Source: Parcubacteria group bacterium (GTDB lineage: Bacteria > Patescibacteriota > Minisyncoccia > Phycocordibacterales > CALRBT01). From it: a stretch of DNA of 56,874 nt. Made by a program: the position numbers and the translations under genes. The stretch covers positions 1-56,874 of the forward strand of contig CALRBT010000004.1 in assembly GCA_943354475.1 (NCBI GenBank), in the 5' to 3' direction. Positions 36,820 through 45,892 of this stretch are shown in pieces. Under the pieces are notes generated by a model. The model did no database searches and was not told the DNA's origin. It worked only from the letters and a program-made list of their open reading frames with translations. The stretch's first letter is position 1, and the number at the start of each line of letters is the position of its first letter.

Positions 36820-38270
36820 AAACTAAAGCTAAACCACAACCAACGAAAGATGCGCTCACCAAATCAGACATCAAGCGTGTCTGCGATATATTGCGTCGTG
36901 ATGATGGGGTCGGGGCAAAGGACTACATTGAGCAGTTTTCTTGGCTTCTTTTCTTGAAGGTCTTTGAGGGTGTAGAGGGTCAACTCAAGGAACTTGAAGA
37001 AGCGGAGGGAAGGAAGTACAAAGCCGTCATTGATACGGAATACCAATGGTCATCGTGGGCTAAAAAGGATTGGAAAGACAAAGACGAACTGGTTCACTTC
37101 ATAAATCAAAAGCTATTCCCTTATCTCAAGGCACTCAAAGGAACACGCGAGAGGGATAAAATCGGGGAGATTTTCCGTGAGCTTTCTGGCAACCGTATCC
37201 GTTCGCCCCACAACCTCCTTGATGTCATCGGCATTTTGGACAAGATAGAGAAACATCACTTTCAAGACACAAACTTACTCTCACAGGTCTACGAAGAAAT
37301 ACTACAAGCTATGGGTAGTGAGGGTGGTTGGTCGGGAGAGTTCTACACCCCACGCCCCATCATTCGTTTGATGGTCAAAATCGTTGACCCTAAACTCGGA
37401 GAAACTATCTTTGACCCGTTCGTCGGTTCAGGCGGTTTTTTGGTGGAAAGTTTCAATCAACTGTACGAAAAGTCAGCAAAAGATGTGAAAGCGTGGCGTA
37501 CACTTCAAACAAAAACATTTTTCGGACAGGAAAAGAAACCACTACCTTTTCTTATCGGTACAATGAACCTCATCTTGCACCATATTCTCGTCCCAAACAT
37601 CGTACGCTCTAATACGTTTATGGAAGACGTACACAATATGCCAGAGAGTGCCAAAATGGACGTGATTTTGACCAACCCACCTTTTGGAGCAGAAGAAAGT
37701 AAAGACGTTCAGAACAACTACCCTATACAAATAGGAGCTACTGAAGGTCTTGCACTTCAGTACATTATGAAGCGTCTCAAAAATGGTGGGCGCTGTGCCG
37801 TTATTCTTCCAGAAGGAAACGTACTTTTTGGTGGTGGAGCTATGGCTCGTATCCGACAGGAACTTTTGGAAAAGTTCAATGTGCATACAATCATTTCACT
37901 TCCACAAGGAGCATTCGCACAAATGGGTGCTGGTGTAAAAACAAATCTCATCTTTTTTGATAAGACGGGCTCAACAAAAGAAATCTGGTACGGTGAAGTA
38001 AGGGGAAAGTTTACAAAAAAGAAAACAATGCAGGACGGTAGCTTTGACGCGATTTTTGATAAGTGGAAGAAACGAGAGGTATCTGATAGTTCTTGGGTAG
38101 TTCCCGTGGAAACTATCAAACAACGTGGCTACGATATTTCTCCCAAAAATCCCACACTGGCTGATGCTGACGTGCTTCTTTCGCCAGACGCAATACTAGG
38201 AGAAATAGAGAAAAATCAACACGAGATTGATAACGTACTTCTATCATTGAAAGAGATACTCAAAAAATGA
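36816..38270 (+). CDS. hsdM: Type I restriction-modification methyltransferase subunit M
   Basis: GEFYTPR, FDPFVGSGGFL (motif I) and NPPF (motif IV, m6A). Confidence 0.93.
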   Translation: MKTKAKPQPTKDALTKSDIKRVCDILRRDDGVGAKDYIEQFSWLLFLKVFEGVEGQLKELEEAEGRKYKAVIDTEYQWSSWAKKDWKDKDELVHFINQKLFPYLKALKGTRERDKIGEIFRELSGNRIRSPHNLLDVIGILDKIEKHHFQDTNLLSQVYEEILQAMGSEGGWSGEFYTPRPIIRLMVKIVDPKLGETIFDPFVGSGGFLVESFNQLYEKSAKDVKAWRTLQTKTFFGQEKKPLPFLIGTMNLILHHILVPNIVRSNTFMEDVHNMPESAKMDVILTNPPFGAEESKDVQNNYPIQIGATEGLALQYIMKRLKNGGRCAVILPEGNVLFGGGAMARIRQELLEKFNVHTIISLPQGAFAQMGAGVKTNLIFFDKTGSTKEIWYGEVRGKFTKKKTMQDGSFDAIFDKWKKREVSDSSWVVPVETIKQRGYDISPKNPTLADADVLLSPDAILGEIEKNQHEIDNVLLSLKEILKK

Positions 38271-39487
38271 TTATGGAATTGAAAAAACTACAACTAGGCG
38301 AAATCTGCAACATCTCTGGTGGTTTTGGCTTCCCTCATTCACATCAAGGACGCAAAAATGAGAAATACCCATTTTACAAAGTAGGTGATATGAACACAGG
38401 CGGAAATGAAACGTATATGATTACGCACAATCATTCTGTTTCCGAAGGTGATATCAAAGCACTCAAGGCAAAAATCTTTCCTGCTGGTACAATCATTTTT
38501 CCAAAGATTGGAGCGGCTATTGCAACAAATAAGAAACGTATTTTGAGCACCCCATCAACAGTTGATAATAACGTAATGGTTCTCATTCCCAACGAGGAAA
38601 TGGTAACCACTAAATACCTTTTTTATTTCCTTCAGGACTTTGACCTAAAGGATTGGTCAAATAAATCCGCGTTACCATCAATCAGAAAAAGTGATGTTGA
38701 GAAAACAGAAATACGGTTACCGTTTACAGATGGAAAACCAGACCTTGCCGAGCAAAAACGTATTACTGACAAGTTGGATAAGGTTTTTATGGAGATTGAA
38801 AAGAGTATTGATAAAATCAGACAGAACAGAAAGTATGCAGGTAAAACTACCTATTCAGAGCTTCTGACTACTTTTAGCGATGAAAACTTGAAAACATACT
38901 CCCTTGAAGAAGTTTGCGATACAACAAGTGGAGGCACTCCATCTCGTTCTAACAGTGCTTATTATGACGGCGACATTTCGTGGTTGAAATCTGGTGAACT
39001 GAACGACAATCGCTCAATATCATCTTCAGAGGAGCATATTTCGGAGGACGCAATAAAAAAATCTAATGCAAAAGTATTCCCATCGGGTACGGTTCTTTTG
39101 GCTATGTACGGTGCGACTGTCGGCAAGTTAGGTATTTTGAGTGCAAGTGCTTCTACCAATCAAGCTGTTTGTGCAATAACTCCCCACAAAAACATTTTGA
39201 ATGAGTATATGTTTTGGTACTTATTTTTCTATCGTGATGAGTTAGTCAAAAAAGCGTTTGGTGGTGCACAGCCAAACATCAGTCAAACGCTCATTCGCAA
39301 ACTTCCAGTAAAAATACCCCTAAAAGATAAACAGCCAGACCTAGCCAAACAAAAAGAGATTGTTGCAAAAGTAAGTTCTATTCAAGAGAAGCAGGAAATG
39401 CTAACGGACTTGTTTTCCCGACAAGAAAAGTTATTTACATCACTTCGCTCGTCAGTATTGAGCCAATCGTTCCAAATGCAAACATAA
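38267..39487 (+). CDS. hsdS: Type I restriction-modification specificity subunit S
   Basis: Two TRD-like halves, each followed by a helical P...Q..I spacer (LAEQKRI, LAKQKEI). Confidence 0.9.
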   Translation: MIMELKKLQLGEICNISGGFGFPHSHQGRKNEKYPFYKVGDMNTGGNETYMITHNHSVSEGDIKALKAKIFPAGTIIFPKIGAAIATNKKRILSTPSTVDNNVMVLIPNEEMVTTKYLFYFLQDFDLKDWSNKSALPSIRKSDVEKTEIRLPFTDGKPDLAEQKRITDKLDKVFMEIEKSIDKIRQNRKYAGKTTYSELLTTFSDENLKTYSLEEVCDTTSGGTPSRSNSAYYDGDISWLKSGELNDNRSISSSEEHISEDAIKKSNAKVFPSGTVLLAMYGATVGKLGILSASASTNQAVCAITPHKNILNEYMFWYLFFYRDELVKKAFGGAQPNISQTLIRKLPVKIPLKDKQPDLAKQKEIVAKVSSIQEKQEMLTDLFSRQEKLFTSLRSSVLSQSFQMQT

Positions 39488-39492
39488 AATAT

Positions 39493-41949
39493 ATGCCATA
39501 TTCAGAAGACGATACAAGGGTCAAAATCATAGACCCACAAATACACGAGAGCGGTTGGAAAGAGGAACAAATCCTCCGACAATATGCTATTGCCGATGAC
39601 CGCTTCTTTGTAGAGGGCGAGGACTTCAAGCGTCTTCCTACTGCAAAGTTTGCTGATTATGTTTTGCTGTACAACAACGTTTCTATTGCCGTACTTGAAG
39701 CAAAGGCAGAAGACGAAGACCCTCTCAAACATTTGAGCCAAGCACAGGACTACGCAAAGCGTCTTGATGTGCCTTTTGCCTATATCTCAAACGGCAAAAC
39801 AACTTATCTTTACGACCGCCGAACATTGAAGACGGAAGAAGTATCAAGCTACCTTTCACCTGAAGAAATGTACGAGGCGTACAAAGAGTGGAAAGGATTG
39901 AGCGAGCAGAAACTAGACGCTCTCACATATCCGCTTTATGTTGCAGGTACAAAGCGTCCGCGTGCGTATCAAGAAACAGCAATAAAAAATACTGTTGAGA
40001 ACGTCGTCAAAGGAAAGAAGACCACCCTCCTTACGATGGCGACTGGTACAGGTAAAACATTCACGGCATTTCAGATTGTTTGGAAACTTGTGAAGTCAAA
40101 GCATATACATCGCGTGCTTTTCCTCTGCGACCGCATCATTCTCCGCGATGACGCATACAGCAGAGATTTTGAACCATTTGGTGAGGCGCGTTGCAAAATT
40201 GAGGGCGGTGAGTTCAATGCCAACCGCGATATCTACTTTGCAACATATCAAACCCTTTTCACTAATGACTTATACAAACAAATACCAGCCGATTTCTTTG
40301 ACCTGATTATTATTGATGAGTGTCATCGTTCTCGCTATGGCGACTGGGGTGAGGTATTGGAACATTTCCAATCTGCACAGCAACTCGGAATGACCGCTAC
40401 GCCAAAGCGTGAGGACAACATTGATGTATACGAATACTTTGGCGAGCCAGTATTTGAGTATTCTCTCGGACAAGCGATTGAAGACGGCTATCTCGTGCCG
40501 TACAAAATCTTCAAAATATCAACCAACCTCTATAAAGAAGGGCTAGACATCTCTTCGGCTGAAGAAGTTATTTACGATGACGAGATAGAGCCAGAAAAAA
40601 TAAAGGATTTCTATGAGCCATCAGAGTATGAGCGAGCCGTTACTATCCCTGAACAAATAGACCTACTGTCAAAGAAAGTGATTGAGGTGCTAGATAAAAC
40701 GAACCAATACGGCAAAACGATTATCTTCTGCGTGGATATGGCACACGCACAAGCAGTCAAAGACAAACTCAACGAGTTGAAAGGAAACGAGGATTATGCC
40801 TCACGTGTCGTAGCCGAAGACAAAGACGACCTTACAAAGTTCCGAGACAAAGAACGTGTGATGCCTGTTGTTGCTACAACCGTAGACCTTCTCTCAACTG
40901 GCGTAGATATTCCACACATTGAAAATATCGTCTTTATGCGCCCCATCGCCTCACGAGTATTGTTCAAGCAAATTATCGGGCGTGGCTCTCGTCTCTTTGA
41001 GGGTAAGGGCTTCTTTAGGATTGTTGACTTCACCAATGCAACACGCCTTATTGATGAATGGGATATTCCTACTGAAAAACCAGAACCGCCAGAGCCACCC
41101 GAAGAACCAATCGCACCGTACGACAAACTTGTTATGGGTATTGTGGTGGACAACAAAATGGAAGCCCCTGTCGTAAGTGCAATCGTAAAAGCGAAACTGG
41201 GACGCTGGGAAAAAATGGGCAAAACCGATGAAAACGGAATGTTCAAGCTCTTTGGCTTGCCATCAAACGACAAGGTAAGTATCAGCATTGAACACGCGGA
41301 GTATAAGAAGTTGAACAAGAAACTTGCGCCACATAAAACTGAAGACGAGACCCCGTACGAGTTTCGCTTGAAAGCGTGGAAGTCCGCACCGAAGAAAATC
41401 ACCGTCAAAGGTATTGTCGTTACGATTGATGAGGAAGTGGAGGTTGAGTTTGACGGTATGAAGCTATCGTATGCAGAGTACCGAAAATACTCAAAAGATA
41501 AGATTGCCGAAACAATCCATTCTTCGGATGAGCTTCGCGCTATCTGGCTAGACCCAGAAAAAAGAGAGAAGTTTATCGCTGACCTTGAAGCGATGAAAGT
41601 AAACATCACACTCATCAAGTCCATTGAGAACCTTGAAGACGTGGACGCTTTTGACATCGTGGCTCACATTGCTTTTGACGCTCCGCTACTAACTCGTGAA
41701 GACCGCGTAAAGCACTTTATGAGGCACAACGCGAAGAACATAGACCAGTACGGCAAGGAGATTGGCGAGGCAATCCGCGAGATTATGGAGAAGTACAAGA
41801 ACAGTGGCGAGGAAAATCTCTCCGCGCAGGCGTTTCTACTTCCGAATATGAATGCAAAGAAGGAGGCAATCCAGCAGAAATACCCAGAAGGTCTATATGG
41901 CTTCATGCACTCGCTTAAATCAAAGATTTACGCCGTTATGGCCTCATAA
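39493..41949 (+). CDS. hsdR: Type I restriction endonuclease subunit R (EcoEI-like) with an extra inserted domain
   Basis: ADY...VLEAK nuclease motif; MATGTGKT, IIDECHR, MTATP and QIIGRGSR helicase motifs. Confidence 0.92.
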   Translation: MPYSEDDTRVKIIDPQIHESGWKEEQILRQYAIADDRFFVEGEDFKRLPTAKFADYVLLYNNVSIAVLEAKAEDEDPLKHLSQAQDYAKRLDVPFAYISNGKTTYLYDRRTLKTEEVSSYLSPEEMYEAYKEWKGLSEQKLDALTYPLYVAGTKRPRAYQETAIKNTVENVVKGKKTTLLTMATGTGKTFTAFQIVWKLVKSKHIHRVLFLCDRIILRDDAYSRDFEPFGEARCKIEGGEFNANRDIYFATYQTLFTNDLYKQIPADFFDLIIIDECHRSRYGDWGEVLEHFQSAQQLGMTATPKREDNIDVYEYFGEPVFEYSLGQAIEDGYLVPYKIFKISTNLYKEGLDISSAEEVIYDDEIEPEKIKDFYEPSEYERAVTIPEQIDLLSKKVIEVLDKTNQYGKTIIFCVDMAHAQAVKDKLNELKGNEDYASRVVAEDKDDLTKFRDKERVMPVVATTVDLLSTGVDIPHIENIVFMRPIASRVLFKQIIGRGSRLFEGKGFFRIVDFTNATRLIDEWDIPTEKPEPPEPPEEPIAPYDKLVMGIVVDNKMEAPVVSAIVKAKLGRWEKMGKTDENGMFKLFGLPSNDKVSISIEHAEYKKLNKKLAPHKTEDETPYEFRLKAWKSAPKKITVKGIVVTIDEEVEVEFDGMKLSYAEYRKYSKDKIAETIHSSDELRAIWLDPEKREKFIADLEAMKVNITLIKSIENLEDVDAFDIVAHIAFDAPLLTREDRVKHFMRHNAKNIDQYGKEIGEAIREIMEKYKNSGEENLSAQAFLLPNMNAKKEAIQQKYPEGLYGFMHSLKSKIYAVMAS

Positions 41950-41969
41950 TAGGCCTTCCGTAGAAATAT

Positions 41970-42863
41970 TTGTCGGGAATTTTGAGCGGAAGAAGAGGTA
42001 AAAATGGGGATAACCACATTGTCCCAAAGCTTACATGCATGTATACTTTACGCATGCCTAATGCGCCCAAATTTGTACCCAATCTGTTCAGGAGCGATGC
42101 TTTCTTTATCGGGCTCTCAAAGTATGAAGAACCATTGCTCAAGCCATTTCACGATATGGTGAGAAGCCGTATCCACACCGTAGGCGATACTGCCATTACC
42201 TACCGAGTTATTAACCACTGGGCACAGAAAAATCTTCTGCCAGAGGGTTGTAAAAACTCAAATGGTACGTGGCACAAATTCACTACCGTGGAGCTTGCTT
42301 GGTTGCGTGTAGTTGTTCGCTTGAGGAAGTTGGGTCTATCGCTAGAAAAAATTGCCTCAGCAACAGAGCAGGTAATGCGTTGGGATAATAGGAGCCAATC
42401 CTACCCAATCTTTGAATACTGTCTTGCCTTGGCATTGGCAAGCTCCAATGACCCCTATGTAATTTTTCTATCAGACGGAACTGCCGATGTAGCGACTTCA
42501 AAAGATATTGAGGGTGCAAAAATTATTGCTGGGTCGCGAGACATGTCGCTGGTTTCTCTAAAATCAATCTTGTCTGAGCTGGGCTTTACTCCTGTTAATC
42601 CCGCTCCGCTCATCTCCCTTGAGCGAAATGAGGCTGTCCTTATCAGCAAGGCAAGGAGCGGTGTTAATAGTGAAATTACGGCTCACATAAAGGAGGGCAG
42701 GGTCGGTAATATTAGGAGAACAGTTTCCTACAGAGAGAACCCCTCGCTGGATGACATAAAGAAGGGCTTCAAGGAAAATGGCGGCTTTGGAGAAATCTTA
42801 CTCAAAGTGTCAGGGGGCGTAGTGCAATCTGCCGTTGTAAACCACCATGAACGCCTTTCTTAA
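41970..42863 (+). CDS. MerR-family helix-turn-helix protein
   Basis: TYRVINHWAQKNLLP...FTTVEL...LRKLGLSLEKI; true start uncertain (ATG 42039 or 42057 possible). Confidence 0.65.
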   Translation: MSGILSGRRGKNGDNHIVPKLTCMYTLRMPNAPKFVPNLFRSDAFFIGLSKYEEPLLKPFHDMVRSRIHTVGDTAITYRVINHWAQKNLLPEGCKNSNGTWHKFTTVELAWLRVVVRLRKLGLSLEKIASATEQVMRWDNRSQSYPIFEYCLALALASSNDPYVIFLSDGTADVATSKDIEGAKIIAGSRDMSLVSLKSILSELGFTPVNPAPLISLERNEAVLISKARSGVNSEITAHIKEGRVGNIRRTVSYRENPSLDDIKKGFKENGGFGEILLKVSGGVVQSAVVNHHERLS

Positions 42864-42955
42864 CCCTGCTATCAGCCTTAATGGCTGGGGCATTTATGAA
42901 TACGTCATTGCTATCAGAAAAGCATCTGGGGCACATCACACAGCTATGAAATACA

Positions 42956-43114
42956 ATGATTTCAGTTTCAGAGTACCGAAAGGTACTCAAAGACGACGAG
43001 AGCCCAGACGAGATTATACAGCGTCGTATAGCCTATTTAGAGGCCTTCTGCCGCAGTGTGGCGCGTATTGAACTACAAGCGTATGTCAAAGTCATCAAAA
43101 ATGAAACAGCATAG
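42956..43114 (+). CDS. 52-aa ORF overlapping the recombinase start (below the ORF-track cut-off)
   Basis: Translates as MISVSEYRKVLKDDESPDEIIQRRIAYLEAFCRSVARIELQAYVKVIKNETA; protein-like helical composition. Confidence 0.5.
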   Translation: MISVSEYRKVLKDDESPDEIIQRRIAYLEAFCRSVARIELQAYVKVIKNETA

Positions 43115-44741
43115 TCCGCCACAGTCACTTCAAGAGCTGAAAAGCTCGGGCGTTACGATTTACGGCCTTATTTATTGCAGAGTTTCGTCCGATAGACAGG
43201 CCACCGAGGGTCACGGCTTGGAAAGTCAGGAGCAACGTTGCCGTGAATACGCAAAACTAAACGGGTTCATCGTTGATAAAGTTTTTGCCGATAGCGCCTC
43301 AGGGGGTGGAGAATACACTTCACGAAAAAAACAGGTGGCACTACTTGAGTATGTAAAAGCGCACCCCAACAAAGTTTTCGTGGTCATAATTGACGATATT
43401 TCTCGTTTTGCGAGAGATGTGCAAGGTCACACACAGTTCAAGCTGCTTCTAAGGGAGCAGGGCGTAGAACTTACTTCTCCAAATTTTAATTTTGAAAATA
43501 GTCCCGAGGGGCAACTGATTGAAACCGTGATGGCTTCGGTAAGCCAGTATCATCGTACAGGAAATGCTCGCCAAGTTATCCAAAAACAGCTTGCTCGCAT
43601 GAACCTTGGCTGTTGGCCGTTTGCCTCAGTGCGCCCATTTAAAATGATGAAAGATGCAAACTATGGAAAAATTCTTACAGCGCAGTATCCCGACGTTGAA
43701 TATGCTAAAGAAGCCTTGGAGCGGTTCGCTAATGGCGAATTTCTTACGAAGGCTGATGCGTGCAGATTTCTCGCGGGAAAAGGCTATTGGAGGGACAACA
43801 GGCGCCCTGAAAAACATATTGATGCATTTACCTACTTGGCTAAGAGTATTCTAAACGCAGGGTGGGTAGAGTATACAAAGTGGGGTTTCAAGCCAATTGA
43901 GGGAAAGCACAAGGGCTTTATCTCTATGGAAACTTACGAAAAGGTTCAGAAGCGCCTAAAACGTGAGGGGTTAAGTAATCGTATACGTAAAGATATTCAC
44001 CCTGATTTCTTCGCTCGCGGTCTAGTTCTGTGCGATGGTTGCTCGTACCCATTCAGGGGAGCGTACTCAAGGGGTAGGACAAAACGCTATCCGTACTATG
44101 TCTGCCAAACACACGGGTGCCAATTTTATGGAAAATCAATTCGTAAAGATATTCTTGAAGGCCAATTCAAACAGCTACTTTCTGAAACCGCGTTGAAGGA
44201 AGATGTCGGCGACCTCGTTAGTATAATGTTTGACCGCGTTTGGAAAGATGAGGTTATCAATGTGAAAACTAATGAAGCCATTGTTGCTTCGCACAAATCA
44301 TCGCTTGAACATAAGCTAGAACAGCTTACAGAGGCCGTGTTTGGTGCAAAATCGCCTGCACTGAAAAAGATATATGAAAGCCAAATGGAAAGACTTGCAA
44401 AGGAGCTTGATAGCCCCGACCTTGCAAGCGTCGGGGAAATAGACTTCTCTGTACCTTATAGAACCGCTCTAGATAAAGCCAAGGGATTGCTAAAAAGCCC
44501 TTTAGAATATTGGGAAAAACTAGATGTACGTGAACAACATCGTCTTTTTTACTTCATCTTTGATGAGAAATTACCCTACACACCGAACGTTGGGTATAGA
44601 ACCGACAAAATACGAACAGCCATAAGGCTTTTTGAGAGCTTTGTGGCTGTAAGTTCTACTGATGTGGAGATGGGCGGAGTCGAACCGCCGTGCGGGAAAG
44701 TAGCTAGAATGCATCTACCGTGTGTAGCAGATTTGATTTAG
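43083..44741 (+). CDS. Large serine recombinase (integrase)
   Basis: Catalytic YCRVSS and DDISRFAR motifs; recombinase domain; zinc ribbon CDGC...YYVC...GC; coiled coil. Start is ATG 43083 or 43101. The last 24 codons are read from antisense tmRNA. Confidence 0.9.
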   Translation: MSKSSKMKQHSPPQSLQELKSSGVTIYGLIYCRVSSDRQATEGHGLESQEQRCREYAKLNGFIVDKVFADSASGGGEYTSRKKQVALLEYVKAHPNKVFVVIIDDISRFARDVQGHTQFKLLLREQGVELTSPNFNFENSPEGQLIETVMASVSQYHRTGNARQVIQKQLARMNLGCWPFASVRPFKMMKDANYGKILTAQYPDVEYAKEALERFANGEFLTKADACRFLAGKGYWRDNRRPEKHIDAFTYLAKSILNAGWVEYTKWGFKPIEGKHKGFISMETYEKVQKRLKREGLSNRIRKDIHPDFFARGLVLCDGCSYPFRGAYSRGRTKRYPYYVCQTHGCQFYGKSIRKDILEGQFKQLLSETALKEDVGDLVSIMFDRVWKDEVINVKTNEAIVASHKSSLEHKLEQLTEAVFGAKSPALKKIYESQMERLAKELDSPDLASVGEIDFSVPYRTALDKAKGLLKSPLEYWEKLDVREQHRLFYFIFDEKLPYTPNVGYRTDKIRTAIRLFESFVAVSSTDVEMGGVEPPCGKVARMHLPCVADLI

Positions 44742-45181
44742 GACTTGCGAATTTGACACATTTCGTCGTTGCTTCGCTCATTTGCTCCCGCAGAGTAGAT
44801 TCACCTACACTTTGGTCACAAGCCTCACTCGCGCCTAGAACTGTATCCAAATTCGCAAGTCCTGTTTAGAAATATTACGTAGAGAATATGCAAAACCGTA
44901 ATATGTCGATTCTCTTTATTTTGAATTACTCGCGAGAAACTGAGTAATTCTAGTTCCATTTTATTACACCCGATTCAACCTATGAAACTTCAGTTGATCG
45001 AACGCCACTTAGGCTAAAGCGTAAGTGGAAGCAAAGGTATTTCCCGTAAAGTACGGAGAAGCTACCGATTTTGCTTTTGAAAGTACGTTTGCACGTAGCT
45101 TGTTAAGCGTTTTTTAGGAAGGACGCTCACTTCCACACGGCACATAAAAGACTAATTTTCCTGTCGATGCCTGGCATCCCC
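44665..45181 (-). ncRNA. ssrA: tmRNA (about 517 nt, containing a palindromic insertion)
   Basis: 5' GGGGAUG pairs with 3' CAUCUCC-A giving G3:U70; T-arm GGCGG-UUCGACU-CCGCC; pk1 ggaag/cttcc and agcgt/acgct; tag ORF 45092-45009 = ANVLSKAKSVASPYFTGNTFASTYALA; next to smpB. Confidence 0.92.
44740..44863 (-). repeat. Palindromic repeat family, copy D (inside tmRNA)
   Basis: Perfect 16-bp arms aggacttgcgaatttg / caaattcgcaagtcct; core shared with copies B and E. Confidence 0.85.
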
Positions 45182-45182
45182 A

Positions 45183-45629
45183 TTATCTAGTTTTCAACGT
45201 TCGCTCAATTTCACGCTTGGAATCTCGTTTCTTAATCACTTCGCGTTTATCGTACTTTTTACGGCCGCGGGCAATTCCAATCTCAAGCTTCAATTTTGCC
45301 CCCTTATTATACACCGAAATTGGCACAATTGTCAATCCTCTCTGTTGCTCAGTTCCAGCCAATACTGCTAGTTCTTTGCGATTAAGAAGTAGTCTTCTGT
45401 TTCGGAGCGGATCGTAGCCCTTTGGAGCATTTGCTTGCTGGTAGGGAGGAATATTGGCGTTGATTAAGTAAGCTTCGCCCCCTCGTATGGTGACGTGGGA
45501 GCCATCGAGTGACCCAAGGTGGTTTCGCAAGGATTTTACTTCAAACCCAAAAAGCTCCATTCCGGCTTCAAACCGTTCCAGAATTTCATAGTTTAAATTT
45601 GCTTTCTTGTAGCTAACTAAGGCTTGCAT
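45183..45629 (-). CDS. smpB: SsrA-binding protein
   Basis: EAGMELFGFEVKSLR, PLRNRRLLL and RGRKKYDKR motifs; true start ATG 45629. Confidence 0.96.
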   Translation of the reverse strand: MQALVSYKKANLNYEILERFEAGMELFGFEVKSLRNHLGSLDGSHVTIRGGEAYLINANIPPYQQANAPKGYDPLRNRRLLLNRKELAVLAGTEQQRGLTIVPISVYNKGAKLKLEIGIARGRKKYDKREVIKKRDSKREIERTLKTR

Positions 45630-45751
45630 AATATGGTCAGTGTAGCATTTTTGAGCTTTAATTTGCATCCTTTTGATCTTATTTTTTCTTTAGAAAACGA
45701 GGTTCAAATTACCTAGCCATATTCCTAGCTTTGTGTATAATGTGCCTACTT

Positions 45752-45877
45752 CAGGACTTTCATAGGTAGCGCATTTCTTTGTTGCAAGCTCCGTTTGCTC
45801 CCGCAGAGTAGATTCACCTACACTTTGGTCGCAAGCCTCGCTCGCGCCTCGAACTGCATCCACTTATGAAAGTCCTG
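45752..45877 (-). repeat. Palindromic repeat family, copy E (ftsH leader)
   Basis: Arms caggactttcataggt / acttatgaaagtcctg (one mismatch); core tttgctcccgcagagtagattcacctacactttggtc identical to copy D. Confidence 0.85.
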
Positions 45878-45892
45878 TGAAATTAGAAAAAT

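Larger units (their letters stand above)
36378..44668. mobile_element. Integrative element (about 8.3 kb) in the tmRNA 3' end carrying a type I R-M system and a large serine recombinase
   Basis: Direct repeat ATGTGGA at 36378-36384 and 44662-44668, the latter overlapping the tmRNA acceptor end. The recombinase gene abuts the right junction, and the rebuilt attP has the dyad ATGT-GG-ACAT. Confidence 0.75.

Noticed and set aside
40794-41657. 287-aa antisense ORF within hsdR, and the many other 60-150 aa shadow ORFs on core genes
   Set aside because: They lie fully opposite or out of frame to well-supported genes and reflect codon bias.
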